Source of the DNA: Eukaryota sp. GEM-RC1
Lineage: Eukaryota
Length of the DNA: 64,000 nucleotides
Direction: 5' to 3'
Assembly (NCBI GenBank): GCA_040285855.1
Contig: JAUFOQ010000002.1
Span: forward strand, 124,001-188,000
Shown piece after piece: positions 12,251-24,614 of this stretch (the first letter of the stretch is position 1; every line of letters starts with the position of its first letter). The position numbers and the translations under genes are program-made. The notes under the pieces are model-generated. The model saw only the letters and a program-made list of their open reading frames with translations. It was not told the DNA's origin and ran no database searches.

Positions 12251-12333
12251 TATATCCTGCCTAATAGAGCACCCATAAAACTAAGGGAAAGGGCTCTAGA
12301 ATAGAGCATGGTGCTCTATTATGCAGGCTATAG
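12250..12333. mobile_element. 84-bp TA-flanked MITE (Tc1/mariner-like)
   Basis: 24-bp TIR ctatatcctgcctaatagagcacc / ggtgctctattatgcaggctatag (2 mismatches); TA on both sides. Confidence 0.7.
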
Positions 12334-12624
12334 TATTTGAGTGACTTCATACTTCAGCCAGTTGCCACTGGTAGGAAAACAACGAATAAAGCATGTGAAA
12401 AGATCAATTAACAACTACTCTTCAGAACACTGGACAATGTACTACAGTACAATCTAAACTCAGTGGTCAGCCAAATTCTGGATTGGCATATATAAGGAAT
12501 TGGGGACTTAAATTGTGTGATGTAAGTATGCACTGTTGGTGATGATTATGTTAATAGAAGAACCAAGACGGTCTGTAAGATCAAATTTGTTAGATGTACA
12601 ATATAAAATGTATCGTACAGTTTA

Positions 12625-15600
12625 TCATACAGTTAATAAAGAAGAAAACATGCTAGCTTCATCATCATTCAGCAAACATGTTTTGAAATATTTAAAATTC
12701 AATAAGGTTTTACAACAATCTAAATCCAACTGACCAGGGCTCAAGAACGTAAACAAATGTGATAAAAACTTGGTACAAGAAAAGATATCCATTTCAGATG
12801 ATTTAAACTGTTTAACAACTTTGGAAAATTCCAACTTCAACTTGTTTACTTGAACTGTAGGTATTCTTCTTTCAAACACTGGATTTGAATTTAGAAAAAT
12901 GAAAAATTCAAATTCCATGGGAAGAGAATTCCAATAAATGAAGTTCCCAGAACATTTCGAGAATTTTGAAAAATCATAACTAGTACCAAGAATGTTTGAA
13001 AATAGTTCAAAATTTGAAATATCGAGATTATTAGTTAATCCAAGCAGGCTAATGCCATTCATTTGACTCAGAAGTGAATGATATGCCAACACTAATGATT
13101 TGTGTCCCCACATTGGGAGTGGTCGGTCAATCAAATGTGATTGATCGCTGACTTTTGACTGTTTAAAATCAACAATTTGAGCATCATTAAAAACCTTAAC
13201 ACAATCAGGAATTATGGTAATTGTGTCAAACTCATTTAATTGTTGACTTTTTGAAATTAAAACAAATGGAATAAAATTAAAAACAGGGAATAGCTTGAGT
13301 GCAACCTCCAGAGCTCTGTCAAAATCTTTTGAAAAAGTTAAAGCATAAACAGTAACATCAGAGAAGAATGATTGGACATCAAGAGGAAGGCAATTAATAA
13401 TAGAAAGAGCTGTGGTGGATAGAGTGGCAAAATTTTGGCAGAATCTAAATTGCTGTGGAAATAGATTTGAGAACGTCAATTGATTATTGTAGTTAAAAAT
13501 AAGTCGAGTAGTGATGAGAAACAGAATTTTTAAATTTTGATGATATCCTAGGGTAAATCCGTCAGTTGCTTGATAAAGAGGGAGTAGATAGTTAATAACC
13601 AATAATAAATATTTGATATTAAAACCGTCAATTTGGAACAGTCTTGTAGTTAGTGCGAGACAAATTTTACAATGAGAATCTGTAAACTTTGAGCTAGAAT
13701 TTAAAAATCTGTCCACTAAGTCGATATGTTCTTGGAAATTGAAAGAAAACAGAATGAAAGACAGTAATAAATCCGCATAAAAACTGGAATAACTTGAAAA
13801 TTCTTGCAAAAAGTTGAGGACGTCAAATTGGAATTAGTGAAATTGACTCTAATAGACGATACAACAAATAGATATTTTAAATAATCATTTTTGAAATTTT
13901 GAGGAAGATTAACAGTGTAGCTCAGCAGAGAGAGATTTTCAGTGTTGGTAACTTGGTTATTAATTAAATTTGATAGTTTTGATAATAATTCAACTAATTT
14001 CAAATATTTTCTACTCTTGGAAAGACATTTAGAAAGGACCAAACCATAGAGAGGAATCAAGCCAGGCTCACAATCAAAGTCAATCATCAATTCATTGACT
14101 TTGAGGGAATTTGACTCAGAAGAGATTAATGCAAACAGTCGAATAATTTTAAAAAGAGACACTATAAAATCAGTAGATTCGAGATCAGAATGTTCCAGAA
14201 TATTAGCAAATTCAGATTCATTGGCATGTGACTTACCAACAAGAAAGAGCAAATTTTTAAAACCTAATGAAAAATAACCATTATTGGAAACAAATTAGAG
14301 AAATAAACAGTCCAATCAAGTGATAATAATATTTTAAGGAATTAAAATTTTGAATAGATAAGGACAATCCAAGTGACAAAATTGGAAGGACAGCCACGTG
14401 ATCAATCAATCCTAAGACTGCCTTATAGCCAATTCTACAAATGAAGACTAGTAAATACTCAGCTGAAGGAGTGGAGAGTAAAAGCTCAGGATTGAATCCC
14501 ACAAACAAATTTTCAAAATATATTAAATTTTCAATATTCATACAATCCTGAAAATCGAGAATTGACGATCCCTTAGACAAAGAACATCCAAGTAACAAGG
14601 ATGAGCTCAACAAGGCTGAATTAGAGCTGAAATAGTAGTCATTAGATAGGGCTGAGTAATAGATACAAGCTCTAAGAACAAGTGGTGTCTCTTTAGAATA
14701 AGTGAAGTAAAACTGTTTGAGGGATTGGTACTTCAAATTAAAGTTTTCACGACAGGAAAGATCCAAGGAATAGCTGAAGGGAAGTTTAAAGGTTTTAAAC
14801 ACTTCAAACTGAGAAAACTGAGAATCTACGACAGATTCTAAATTAATTAGAATTTGTTTGAATAATTTAGCATTGATGGACTCATTCAGAGCTAATTGAG
14901 TGAGAGCCCAGTCACAAACAGCAAAACAAAAGAAATTAGGGGAATTATAGGATTTTGAATCCTTAATGCAGGCTAAAAGAGAATTGACAGAGGATTCGTC
15001 AATTATTCTAGCATTATTCAAATTTTGAATAAAAGAGGAAGATTCAGACGACTTGACCAAGGACAAAAAAGGAGAAGAATTGATTTCATTAGAGAAAGTG
15101 GAATTAAAAAAGTCTTGGAGAGATTCACTGTTGTTAACAATTTTAGAATTTTGGAAACTTTTAAGGAATCGATATAGTATGACCATGAATAATTGGTAAT
15201 GTTTTAAATTTCCAGAATACCTTTTGAAATAGTCTAAAGAGTGCTGGACAACTGTTCTCACCTGTGTCGGAGAAAACTTGTCAAATATTTTAATTTTTGA
15301 CACAATATTGATAAAAAGATCCGACTCATATCGAGAGAACAGAACAATTGATCTAACAAAGTAACTGTAATCATTGGAATTGCAGCAAAATTTTAAAAAA
15401 TTGAGAATTGACTTCGGATATAACAGACCTTGTAACAACTTACGATTTCGCAATTTTTGTTTAAATTGTCTAAAACAATTCAATATTTTGAGAGCAGAAG
15501 CAGACGTCTCATCGGTATCAGATTGTTGTGGGGTTTTTGATCTCTTTTCCTTCATTTTAGACTGTGACCTTGGAGCACTTTCCTGTTTCTTTTGGTTTTT

Positions 15601-18600
15601 GCCTTCTTTTCCGGAGCCTGATTGAGCTCTTTATCAATAGGCAACTGTGACTTACTTAGCAGGAAATCAACTGCAGTTGATAGTTTCCCAAAACAATCCG
15701 CTTGGGTTTCAGGACGAGGAAGTTTTTCAATTTTCTTGAAAATTTCAAAACAGAGATCAGCATAATGGGAAAGATCTTGAACGACAAGGCTATTATCGGA
15801 AAATTTTAAATTCTCTAACACCAATTCTTCATTAAATAAAATAAATCTGGTGAGCAAACTCATTGTTGCCAAGGATTTTGGAGCGAAATGAATTTGCAGA
15901 ATCTCAAGATATTGTTCAAATTTTTGATTATTTTCGAAAAGATTCTCCTTTGTACATATTTCAATAATTCTAACTACAACATCATTATACTGCTGAAGAA
16001 GAGGAAGTTTAGACAAAACAAACGAAGAGCACAGTGATTCAATTACAAAAGAAATACATTGCAAAAGAATATCACTGGACGTGTCAACAAGTTCAAACGC
16101 AACGGTTAAGCTGTGAATTAATTCAAAAAGGATCGAATATTGTGATTTTTAACAGCGACACTAACTTTCAGGCGCGTGTATTCCAGTAAAATTTTTAAAA
16201 TTTTAGTCAACGTATTCTTTGAACAAAGACTAATAACAGAGGAGTTAACCTCAGTCAAGGTAACTGATCCAGTACGAAGGTCAGCCGGGACACCGTATTT
16301 TTTAAAATATTGATCTGCAACGAATTGAAAACACTTCTTGATTGGTTGCAAATGACCAATCAGTGACGTCACCTCTACTGCCTTCAGTAGAATGTCGATG
16401 ATTGAGAGTGATTGAGTAGGAATCATCTTCCCTAGAGTAACAACGTCACCATTAAGACAATATCCAACTAGAAGGAATCGTGAAGGAGTGGCAGGTGCAT
16501 CAAGACTAAATATTTTAAAACTTGAAGAAGTTTTAAAAATTCTATAATCAACGCCAACACCTTTGATTCCTGATCCCTTGCCGACTTTAATGATGACGTG
16601 GAAAGCGTGGTAGAGACAGATCCGATTGCGGCAACTGGAAAGAGCTCTCCATCAATCTGATTGTTGACCTTCATGAGAATAACCCCATTCGACTTGCCTA
16701 ATATGGAAACTGGATGTAATGACTGATCCCTAATTGATTGTCTAGTAGAATCAAGTTCTACTTGGAAATAGTCAGTTAAATTATCAATTACTGATTCAAG
16801 AATAGTTTCTTGATGCTTCCAGTCATCATCACCAGGAACTAAAACTTTTGAAAAATTTAAAATATATGCTAAATCTAACAGCGACCTTCTATAACCATCA
16901 TCTGCCGTTTCAGTTAATAACCCCTTATATCTGGAGAGAGATAGTGATGGAGGAGAAGAAATGAAGAAAGAAAGATAGTAAGAGAAGAGGACAGAAGTGT
17001 GAAGAGCGGAAATATTTGAAAATTTAGAATATGAAGGCAGTTCTGTCATTTTTAAAAATTCAGGATTGCAAATCAAGGACAACACCGATTGATGTTGATT
17101 GTCGTCCTTTTGATTGATTGACGAATACAGCATCACGTAATGGTGACGAACTTGTTCTACAGCACCCAAAACATATGTAAAATATTCAGAATAACTTCCA
17201 TCACAAAAAGCGAAACAAAACAGAACTTTTCCTTCATTCCTAGAACCAAAAGGTGGTACATTAGTTCAACAACCAATTCAGTGAAGAAAAGAGATTCTAG
17301 AGAAAGTAAATACTCGCAGCAGATCAAGAAGAAATTAATTAAAAGCTTTTGAGTGGCTTTAGGTTTTCCTTCGAATAATGTTGATTTCTGAGTGTTTAGA
17401 ACTGTAACTAGAACTATATAAGCTGTCAGACTTAGCATTTGGTTGTTCAAGTTATCTTTGAAAAAATTTAAAATTTGGGAAAATAGTAAATCTGTGAAAT
17501 TTTCGATATTTTGGTCCAACATTACTTCAAAAACTGGCTGGAAAAGGTCAATAATCAAACAAGAATCATTATCATATTGGATTAAACCTGCTACTTTGAT
17601 TTCCCCAACATTAAAAACAGTCAAACATCTCCTCAATGTTTCCAAAATTCTTAGATATTTCAGTATTTGGGTCAGACTCTGAAGCTAAGCGATCGTAATA
17701 CAAAGAGAACAGTTTTAGAAAGTGACTGTCAATACTCTCCTGGGTACTTCTTTCAAGAGAATTAGGAGAGCACAACTTCTGAAATATGTGATTTTGGAAC
17801 AATTGAAAAAACAGTGAGTATTCCAGACTTGAAAAAGGTTGATTGATATCAAAATTTAATTGTTTCTCCAAAATCTTCCCTCGACCCTCATCAACACACA
17901 TGATTGCACGAAAGAGGAAGGACCTGTAAGACAGAAGCTTCGAATGAGCTCTTTCATAAACGTCATGATCCGACTGTGAAAGCCCATTCCCATCAGGTAA
18001 CGAGTACTTTCCTAAATCAAGACGTAGATCAATTTGAGTTTGAACAGAATTTAAAAAATCAAACATATTCTGAATATTGTCACCGGTCAATTCTTGATTT
18101 AGACAAAAGATTACTAAATTGCTAGCTCCAGACACAATTAATTCACAGAAAATTGGAGAATAAAAAGAAACACAAGAGTCAAAAACCTGTTGAACATCCC
18201 GTAAAATATTAAAAACAAGTGAAAATTTAGATTCAAAAACTTCCCGTGACTCTACACTTTTCATTATAAACGAGCAGATTTCAGTTAACAATGTCACAAT
18301 TTCCAGCAGCAACTGGGGTCTTTCCAACTCACAACAGACATTTAGAAGAGTATGTATTAGATTAGATTCAGTAGATAGAAAGAACGAGAAATGCGAGGAG
18401 CTAGAAAGGGAGTCTAGGGAGGAGATGAGTGTAAAAGAGGACTTGAGGAAAACAAAATAGCAATCACACCAGGAATTAGCATAATGTTGAGATTCAAAAT
18501 CAGAAGTAGTAGAAAAAGGAGCTCGTGGAATGACTAGAACAAGAGATGGAAGTATGAGGTAGTTCAAGATATTGACTGGGGGAAATCTACGAACAAGAAG

Positions 18601-18753
18601 GTCAGAAGAGAAGGTAGAAGCAAAGTTTGAGACAAGGAGCGGATGAGATGTAGAAAAGGTTTCAAAAAGTTGAACTACTGCAGGCCAATCATTGGAGGAA
18701 GATTGAAAGAAGGAGAGGATCTTCTTAGTGGCTGTATCAAAGGCAAGACTCAT
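12625..18753 (-). CDS. Large (about 2000 aa) Leu/Phe/Ser-rich protein of unknown function, split by frameshifts
   Basis: Eight abutting or overlapping minus-strand ORFs of uniform composition. The junction checked in detail (about 17670) fits a single-base homopolymer indel. Confidence 0.7.
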
Positions 18754-18814
18754 TCAGATGATTATTGTTGTTGCAGAAATAGAGACTGGAATTAAGATGT
18801 TTGAGTAGCTTTGG

Positions 18815-18915
18815 AAAAATAGTATACCGTGCACTATTTGCCGTAGACTACCGTGAAATACAGTACAGGACTATACTTGGTATCCGTAAAATACGGCAAC
18901 TGTAAAATACGAAAA
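18815..18915. mobile_element. Terminal remnant of the 3820-4492 hAT family
   Basis: aaaaatagtataccgtgcactatttgccgtagactaccgt matches the reverse complement of about 4441-4481. Confidence 0.7.
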
Positions 18916-19199
18916 TCGTCAGTTATTCGTTAACCGAGCCGGTACTACTATAATTGTCTCGTTCAAAATATTGTAATAAATCATTTTGGATTTTCTTTCA
19001 TGCAAATTAGAAGACACAATGTTTCGACAAGAAATTCTTTGATATCAGCAGGAAAACAAGATGACCAAAACTCAGGAGAAAGACTTCCTATTTCACAACG
19101 GAGATGGTTGAGATCAAAACTGCAAGTACTTTCAACAGGAGAAGTGCTTGATGGATAACGATTATAAAACTGGAAATTTTATCTTATCACCATTAATTT

Positions 19200-19810
19200 A
19201 TTTATGAGTGTCGGGATTTACTTACAGACAATATTTGACTAATTAACGTTGTCTCATTTGTTAACTTGTAATCGCTACATAACTTCTCGAACATGTATGC
19301 ATGATGCTGTAAGAAACTAAATTCATGCCATGTGTAAGTCTTACGAAATTGAATCACTTCTAAGATCTCTAGAATCAAATAATTGTAATGACGTGAAACA
19401 GAATCAATTTTTTGGTAAACGGAGAGCAGATGTTATTGTCCTTTCTTTTGCAGACAAGTTGTTTGTTGTTGATGTAGTGTCAGTGGATGTTTGTAAATAG
19501 ACATCTTTAAAGAATGCTACCTCTCAAACTTCCCCTTTAGACATTTCTGAACAAGCCAAGCAGGATAAGTACAAGAAATCATTGATGGCTTTAAAACATG
19601 TTTTAAACGATTTAGGCAAAATCATAAAAAGTAGAATGAACAAAAATTTTTTGATCATATGTTATGGTTGAATCGTATCGTTTTTACTATTTGTAAAACA
19701 ATTCCCCTAATCATCTCCAAAGCTTTACTAGCTGTGAGTTCCTTTTATGAGGACAAAGCCGTTGTAAGATTTGACAGCGACGGGTGTTGTTTTAATGATA
19801 TCAAATTTAA
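19200..19810 (+). mobile_element. Degenerate CRE-like non-LTR 3' fragment
   Basis: HLLTCNRY..HDAVR..KRRADV..VVDVVSVDVC..WLNRIVF, with stops. Confidence 0.75.
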
Positions 19811-20553
19811 GTTGTTTAGTTTATTATATCTACAATCAATAGATAAAACTGGTTCAAAAAAATATTTGACTGTACAATATACATGTTTAATGTACAAAAT
19901 ACTATCGCAGAATGAGCATCTTTTGCTCAAAAACAATTGCCGTGATACTTAAGGAGAGGTCCGAAAAGGGACATGCAGAAAACAATCACGCCAGAAGTCC
20001 TTGACTTATCTTCTGTGATACAATATATTAAATTGTAGATTCTTCAAGATTGATGTATTCTTTAGCGGTTCAAAATGTTAAGATAGCAATAATTGTAGAA
20101 AAATTACCAGGTGTTAATATACCATTTCAAAACTGATTATATCAGGACTACATGTATATGGCCCTACGCCATATAGATCTTCAGTTTCATTCTGTATACA
20201 GTTTTGGCTGTACTATTCCTGCTATTAAAATGATCTACAGAAATTGTATTTTACTGCTTTTATAGCCGTTCACTGTTATAGTTACCTCAATCTCAGGAGA
20301 CCATGTTGAACATTGGAAAGGGTATTTACATAATGTAATTGTGTATATTCAACTAAAACCAAATGCTTAATTAATCAGCTCGATGTAATACAACAGATCT
20401 GGAAGTCCCGATCATGTATACCGTAAACTTATTCACTAAATCCATAAGTGTGGGGTGACGACTTAATCATCGATAAAAAGTAGTTCATTAGAGATGATAG
20501 AAATGTATTAGCTTTATTGGTTGATCGCGCATTGAACAATTGAGGAATGATAC

Positions 20554-20925
20554 TTATTGTTGTTCAGTCAAGAAACGGAAAGGTTCACAACCCTCAGGTA
20601 GTCTGTTAATGACACAAACAGAAGTTTTAACAATATTGCGGGGATTACCTTCGACGTCAAGCTTGTACAAACCACAGAATTCACCGAGTTCTTCACGGGA
20701 ACAGTCACGGAAAATATGAATGTTGTTTTCCTTGCACAAAGCTTCAATAAGGGTGACGTATTCAGCGTGATCAGCATCGGATGCAAGACAGCACATAATA
20801 GCCTGTTGAGTGTCAAGTGCCTTAACACAGACACGGAGACCAGCTAAAAGTCCGTCAAGAACGCGGGCAGCCTTGATACATTGGCGAATAGCGGTAGTGT
20901 TATCCATTTGAGCTTCTCCTTCCAT
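20554..20925 (-). CDS. RPS12: 40S ribosomal protein S12 (eS12)
   Basis: DGLLAGLRVCVKALD..CLASDADHAEYVTLIEALCKE..REELGEFCGLYKLDVEGNPRNIV. The real start is probably ATG 20925, not 21210; putative 5' UTR intron at 20939-20967. Confidence 0.93.
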   Translation of the reverse strand: MEGEAQMDNTTAIRQCIKAARVLDGLLAGLRVCVKALDTQQAIMCCLASDADHAEYVTLIEALCKENNIHIFRDCSREELGEFCGLYKLDVEGNPRNIVKTSVCVINRLPEGCEPFRFLTEQQ

Positions 20926-21860
20926 GTGAAATCCTCGACTAAAATGAGTATGATATATGGAACATACAGCAGAAAAAAGGGATTTGTAATTTCTGAAACG
21001 AAGAAGTTCCTCATGCCTTACGTTCATTTTCATGTCTTCGAGTGGCATCTTCGCTGTCAGCATTGCTGAGGATCTTAACTTTGACTTGTTGTTTTCGATT
21101 GAGTCAGTCTTTTCTCTAATCAACTCTTCTCCATTAGTGTCTTGAGTCTTGCATCTTGTTTTTCTTTCGCACCAGTCTTTCGGTCTTGATACCCCCAAGG
21201 TGTGGTTCATTTATCATGTTTCCTTGATAATTATATTTTTCTGATCTCATATTGTATTTTTATTGTGGCGGATTCTCACCGGGGTTTCACTTGTTGTAAT
21301 GAAGTCACCTACATTGGTCAGCTCCATACTTGTGGAATCCTCCTTATATCACATTTTTACCAATGAACATTTTGTCTCAGTCTTATGATCCGACTGAAAA
21401 TTAGACTATTTCAGTCTATCTTGATGTGTTTATTTCTTCTACAATGACTTCTATCACCTAGTTTGCCCACAAAGTATATGTGATACACCACTTATGTAAA
21501 TCCATTGGTGCATATCAATATAGGCTAATATGTTGCTAGTGTTTCTCCTAGGACAGAAGTGTATGTTCGATATTAGTCCGAGTTTTTGTTGAATATTGAT
21601 GCTGTGCAATCTCAGAAGCTTTGTCGGTTTGTATACCCATATTTTTCCGTTGGGTCATGAATCTTCTCTAATAAATTTTTGGTGGGCATTGTTGTGGTGC
21701 CTGCATCGAGTGGAAGAAACTAACAATTCAAAGGTGATCAGAAATTTTCTGGAACTAAATACCTACCCCCATCCCGGGGTATGATCTTAAATTCTCACCA
21801 TCAATTCTATTTGATATCCTTTTCCTACACTGTTTGTCCCATCTTTGGGCTTATTTTAGA

Positions 21861-22469
21861 ATGCCTCCTGTTAAATGTTATAACTGCAACCTTTTTGGTC
21901 ACATGAAGGGAGACTGTCCTCATCCTGAAAGCTGTTGCTGGAACTGTTTACAAGGTGGACATTCTGTAAGAGAATGTCCCAACCCCCCTGTCTGCCGTCG
22001 TTGTCAACAACCTGGTCATATTAGCCGTGAATGTTCGCAACCCGCTCCTGAAAGAGAAGCTCCTTCCCGCTCCTCCCACTCTTCTGGATGTTTTGTGTGT
22101 GGATCTGACCAACACTTTGCCCGTGAATGTCCCAACAAGGACGAACAAGCTCCCCCTCAACGTGGTGGTGGTTACTCCTCAGGTGGTGGCAACTGCTACA
22201 TCTGCAGTAAGCCCGGTCATTTCGCCCGCGAATGTCCCGACAAGACTGAAGGATCCCGTGGTTCTTATGGTGACCGTGGTGGTCGCTCCTATGACCGTGG
22301 TTCTTATCAAGACCGTGGTGACCGAGGATCTTATGGTGACCGTGGTGGTCGCTCCTATGACCGTGGTGACCGTGGTTCTTATCAAGACCGTGGCCCCAGA
22401 CCTGAACGTGTGTGTTATAGCTGTAACCAACCTGGTCATATTGCTGCTCACTGTCCTTCCCAACAGTAA
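21861..22469 (+). CDS. CNBP/Gis2-like CCHC zinc knuckle RNA-binding protein with RGG repeats
   Basis: Six CX2CX4HX4C knuckles and a DRGGRSY repeat; putative 5' UTR intron at 21832-21859. Confidence 0.9.
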   Translation: MPPVKCYNCNLFGHMKGDCPHPESCCWNCLQGGHSVRECPNPPVCRRCQQPGHISRECSQPAPEREAPSRSSHSSGCFVCGSDQHFARECPNKDEQAPPQRGGGYSSGGGNCYICSKPGHFARECPDKTEGSRGSYGDRGGRSYDRGSYQDRGDRGSYGDRGGRSYDRGDRGSYQDRGPRPERVCYSCNQPGHIAAHCPSQQ

Positions 22470-22846
22470 TTCTCCTTCGTTTATTGTTTTTTAGTTTTAA
22501 GTTTATGGTGTGGTGAATGTTTTTAGTCCAATATAGTTTTTCTTTCGCATTTGTATACACTTTGGAATACTGTTCCTATTTGTCTCTTGTGTTTTCTTTT
22601 TTCCACTGTGGCAAAACGTTTGGATTTGCAATTCTATTACCAAAATAGTGACAATTAATTTTGCAATTGGACGTACATCTATTAAAGTCGATTAGAGATG
22701 ATGGGCTGCTGAAAATTGAATCCAAGTGAAAAATTGCGGAATAGAGACTTTGGTATACAAAAAAGACATTTCCAAAGTAAACATCAGTAAAATTAGTTTG
22801 TTTCATAAAAAGGATTTATATTCATAATCTCACAGTGAGATTCTCA

Positions 22847-23288
22847 CTAATCAAAAGTCCAATCATTATAAACAAACTCAAACAGAACAAACAACAAACT
22901 ACCTAAGATAAACAAAGTGACAGCAAAAAAGTACGCCAAATCAAAAGGTATCAGAAAAAGAAGACATCCGAGAATAAAGCAGAAATTGCTAAAATTGTTA
23001 AAAGGACATTCAGAAAGGGAGAAAAGACAGCCTGTTGCGAAAAGCAATGACCCAACATTATCTGTAGCATCGAAGAAAAAGAACACACTACCAAGAATAA
23101 AGCAACAGGGAGCTACAGTATCAATAACGGACACATTAGGAGAATGAAAGAGGGCGAAAAAAGGAGAACAGAACCAATTACAAGAGAGTACATCCGATTG
23201 TGACGTACATCGGAGGAAGAATTGGTAGGAACAAAATAGATCCAAAAAGATAACAGCACGAAGCTGTTGGAGTAAGAAGGTCCTTCAT
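22847..23288 (-). CDS. Small membrane protein with YrhK-like repeats (F-x-x-G-S-x-x-F)
   Basis: ATG 23288 gives MKDLLTPTASCCYLFGSILFL; repeated FILGS motifs; frameshifts in T-runs. Confidence 0.55.
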
Positions 23289-23384
23289 GATCTTGAACTA
23301 GCTGAAACCAGTGGTAAACATCAGTAAGAGCTTGTTTGATTTGATGTTCTGAGAGAAAACAGTTTCAGGTGAATTCTTCCTTAA

Positions 23385-24038
23385 ATGCGTATTCAACGTA
23401 ACAAAAAGAACAGAAAAATAGCCACTTTCTATCGGATTCACTTCAAGATCCAACCTAAGTATAAGGTTTTGGTTGATGGAACTGTTACCAAGCATTGTCT
23501 TGAAGCCAATATTGATCTCAAACAGGTCTTCAAAGATCTTCTTGGTGATGATACAAAATTCTATATGTCCCCATGTGTTCTATCAGAGCTCATCTCCTTT
23601 GGTCCGTCTTTTACTCAAATAGCAGCCACCTACAAAGAATTCAGTTCAATCAAATGCAAACACACTCCTGCAAAACCTCCACTTGAATGTTTCGACTCTC
23701 TACTCAATGTTCCCCACAATCACTACATTCTGGCAACTCAGGACTCTCATCTCATTAACCACTGTAATCGGTTTGCAGGGGTTCCAATAATTTCAGTTAA
23801 GGGAATGGTCCCAATGTTCTTGGAACCTTCACCTGCCAGCAAAGCAGTTGTTAACCAGAAAGAAGTTGATAAACTCAAACCTATTCCTACTGAAGTAGAC
23901 CAACCTATTGATGTAACAACTACTAGGAAAAGACGGGGGCCTAGACAACCAAATCCTTTGTCTTGTTTACCTCCAAAGAAGAAAAGTAAAGGTGATAATA
24001 CTCGTGTACGGTCACGTAAACCAAAAAGTGAGGAATAA
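23385..24038 (+). CDS. UTP23: rRNA-processing PIN protein UTP23/Fcf1 family
   Basis: YKVLVDGT, CVLSEL, CKH..C..HYILATQD and basic tail with PNPLSC. Confidence 0.88.
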   Translation: MRIQRNKKNRKIATFYRIHFKIQPKYKVLVDGTVTKHCLEANIDLKQVFKDLLGDDTKFYMSPCVLSELISFGPSFTQIAATYKEFSSIKCKHTPAKPPLECFDSLLNVPHNHYILATQDSHLINHCNRFAGVPIISVKGMVPMFLEPSPASKAVVNQKEVDKLKPIPTEVDQPIDVTTTRKRRGPRQPNPLSCLPPKKKSKGDNTRVRSRKPKSEE

Positions 24039-24614
24039 TACTGACAAATTATTAATTTGGAATTCATTATTTAAAAGTAGAAGTTCGTTTTTGAAAAGTT
24101 TCCTGCAAATGTGTCTTTTTATGGTTTATCGACAATCAAACTATTTCTTTTCAATGACCGCCCGTGTTTCTCTTGTCATTAGTAGTAGTATAGTTTGATT
24201 AGACATTTGATTCTCTTTTCATTTAGCAGACTTTTAGACTTTCTTTCAAGAAAAGTATTTTCAGTTTCAATACATTTTTATAATTCAAATCTCAAGCATA
24301 ACAGCTCTTTCTGCAAGAAAGAGTTTAATTCACCAAGAAATTGATGTTTTATTATCTCTTTGCAGGTATTATAACAATAAGGTAGACCAGAATTTGCAGA
24401 TAGGAAATTTTAATTTTAAGGGTATTGAGTACTGGAGATTTAGGATTCCCGTGCACAGTACGTGTGTTGTCCGAGCACTAATTTACAGGTATAAAGAAAG
24501 GAAATTGATCACGTGTACATCTTTAATTTAAGTATTACGACTAATTTGGGTATCTTAAACAAACTGATCGACATACATTGCATTTTAACCTCTGATTTTC
24601 TTTTTCATTCAGAA

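Noticed and set aside
20926..21210. 95-aa N-terminal extension of RPS12
   Set aside because: No similarity to eS12, and it reads through a putative 5' UTR intron.
21814..21830. ATATCCTTT resembling a U12 AT-AC donor
   Set aside because: No U12 branch site or usable acceptor; better read as a pyrimidine-rich leader.
21948..22560. Antisense and alternate-frame ORFs over the CNBP-like gene
   Set aside because: Shadow ORFs from repetitive RGG codons.
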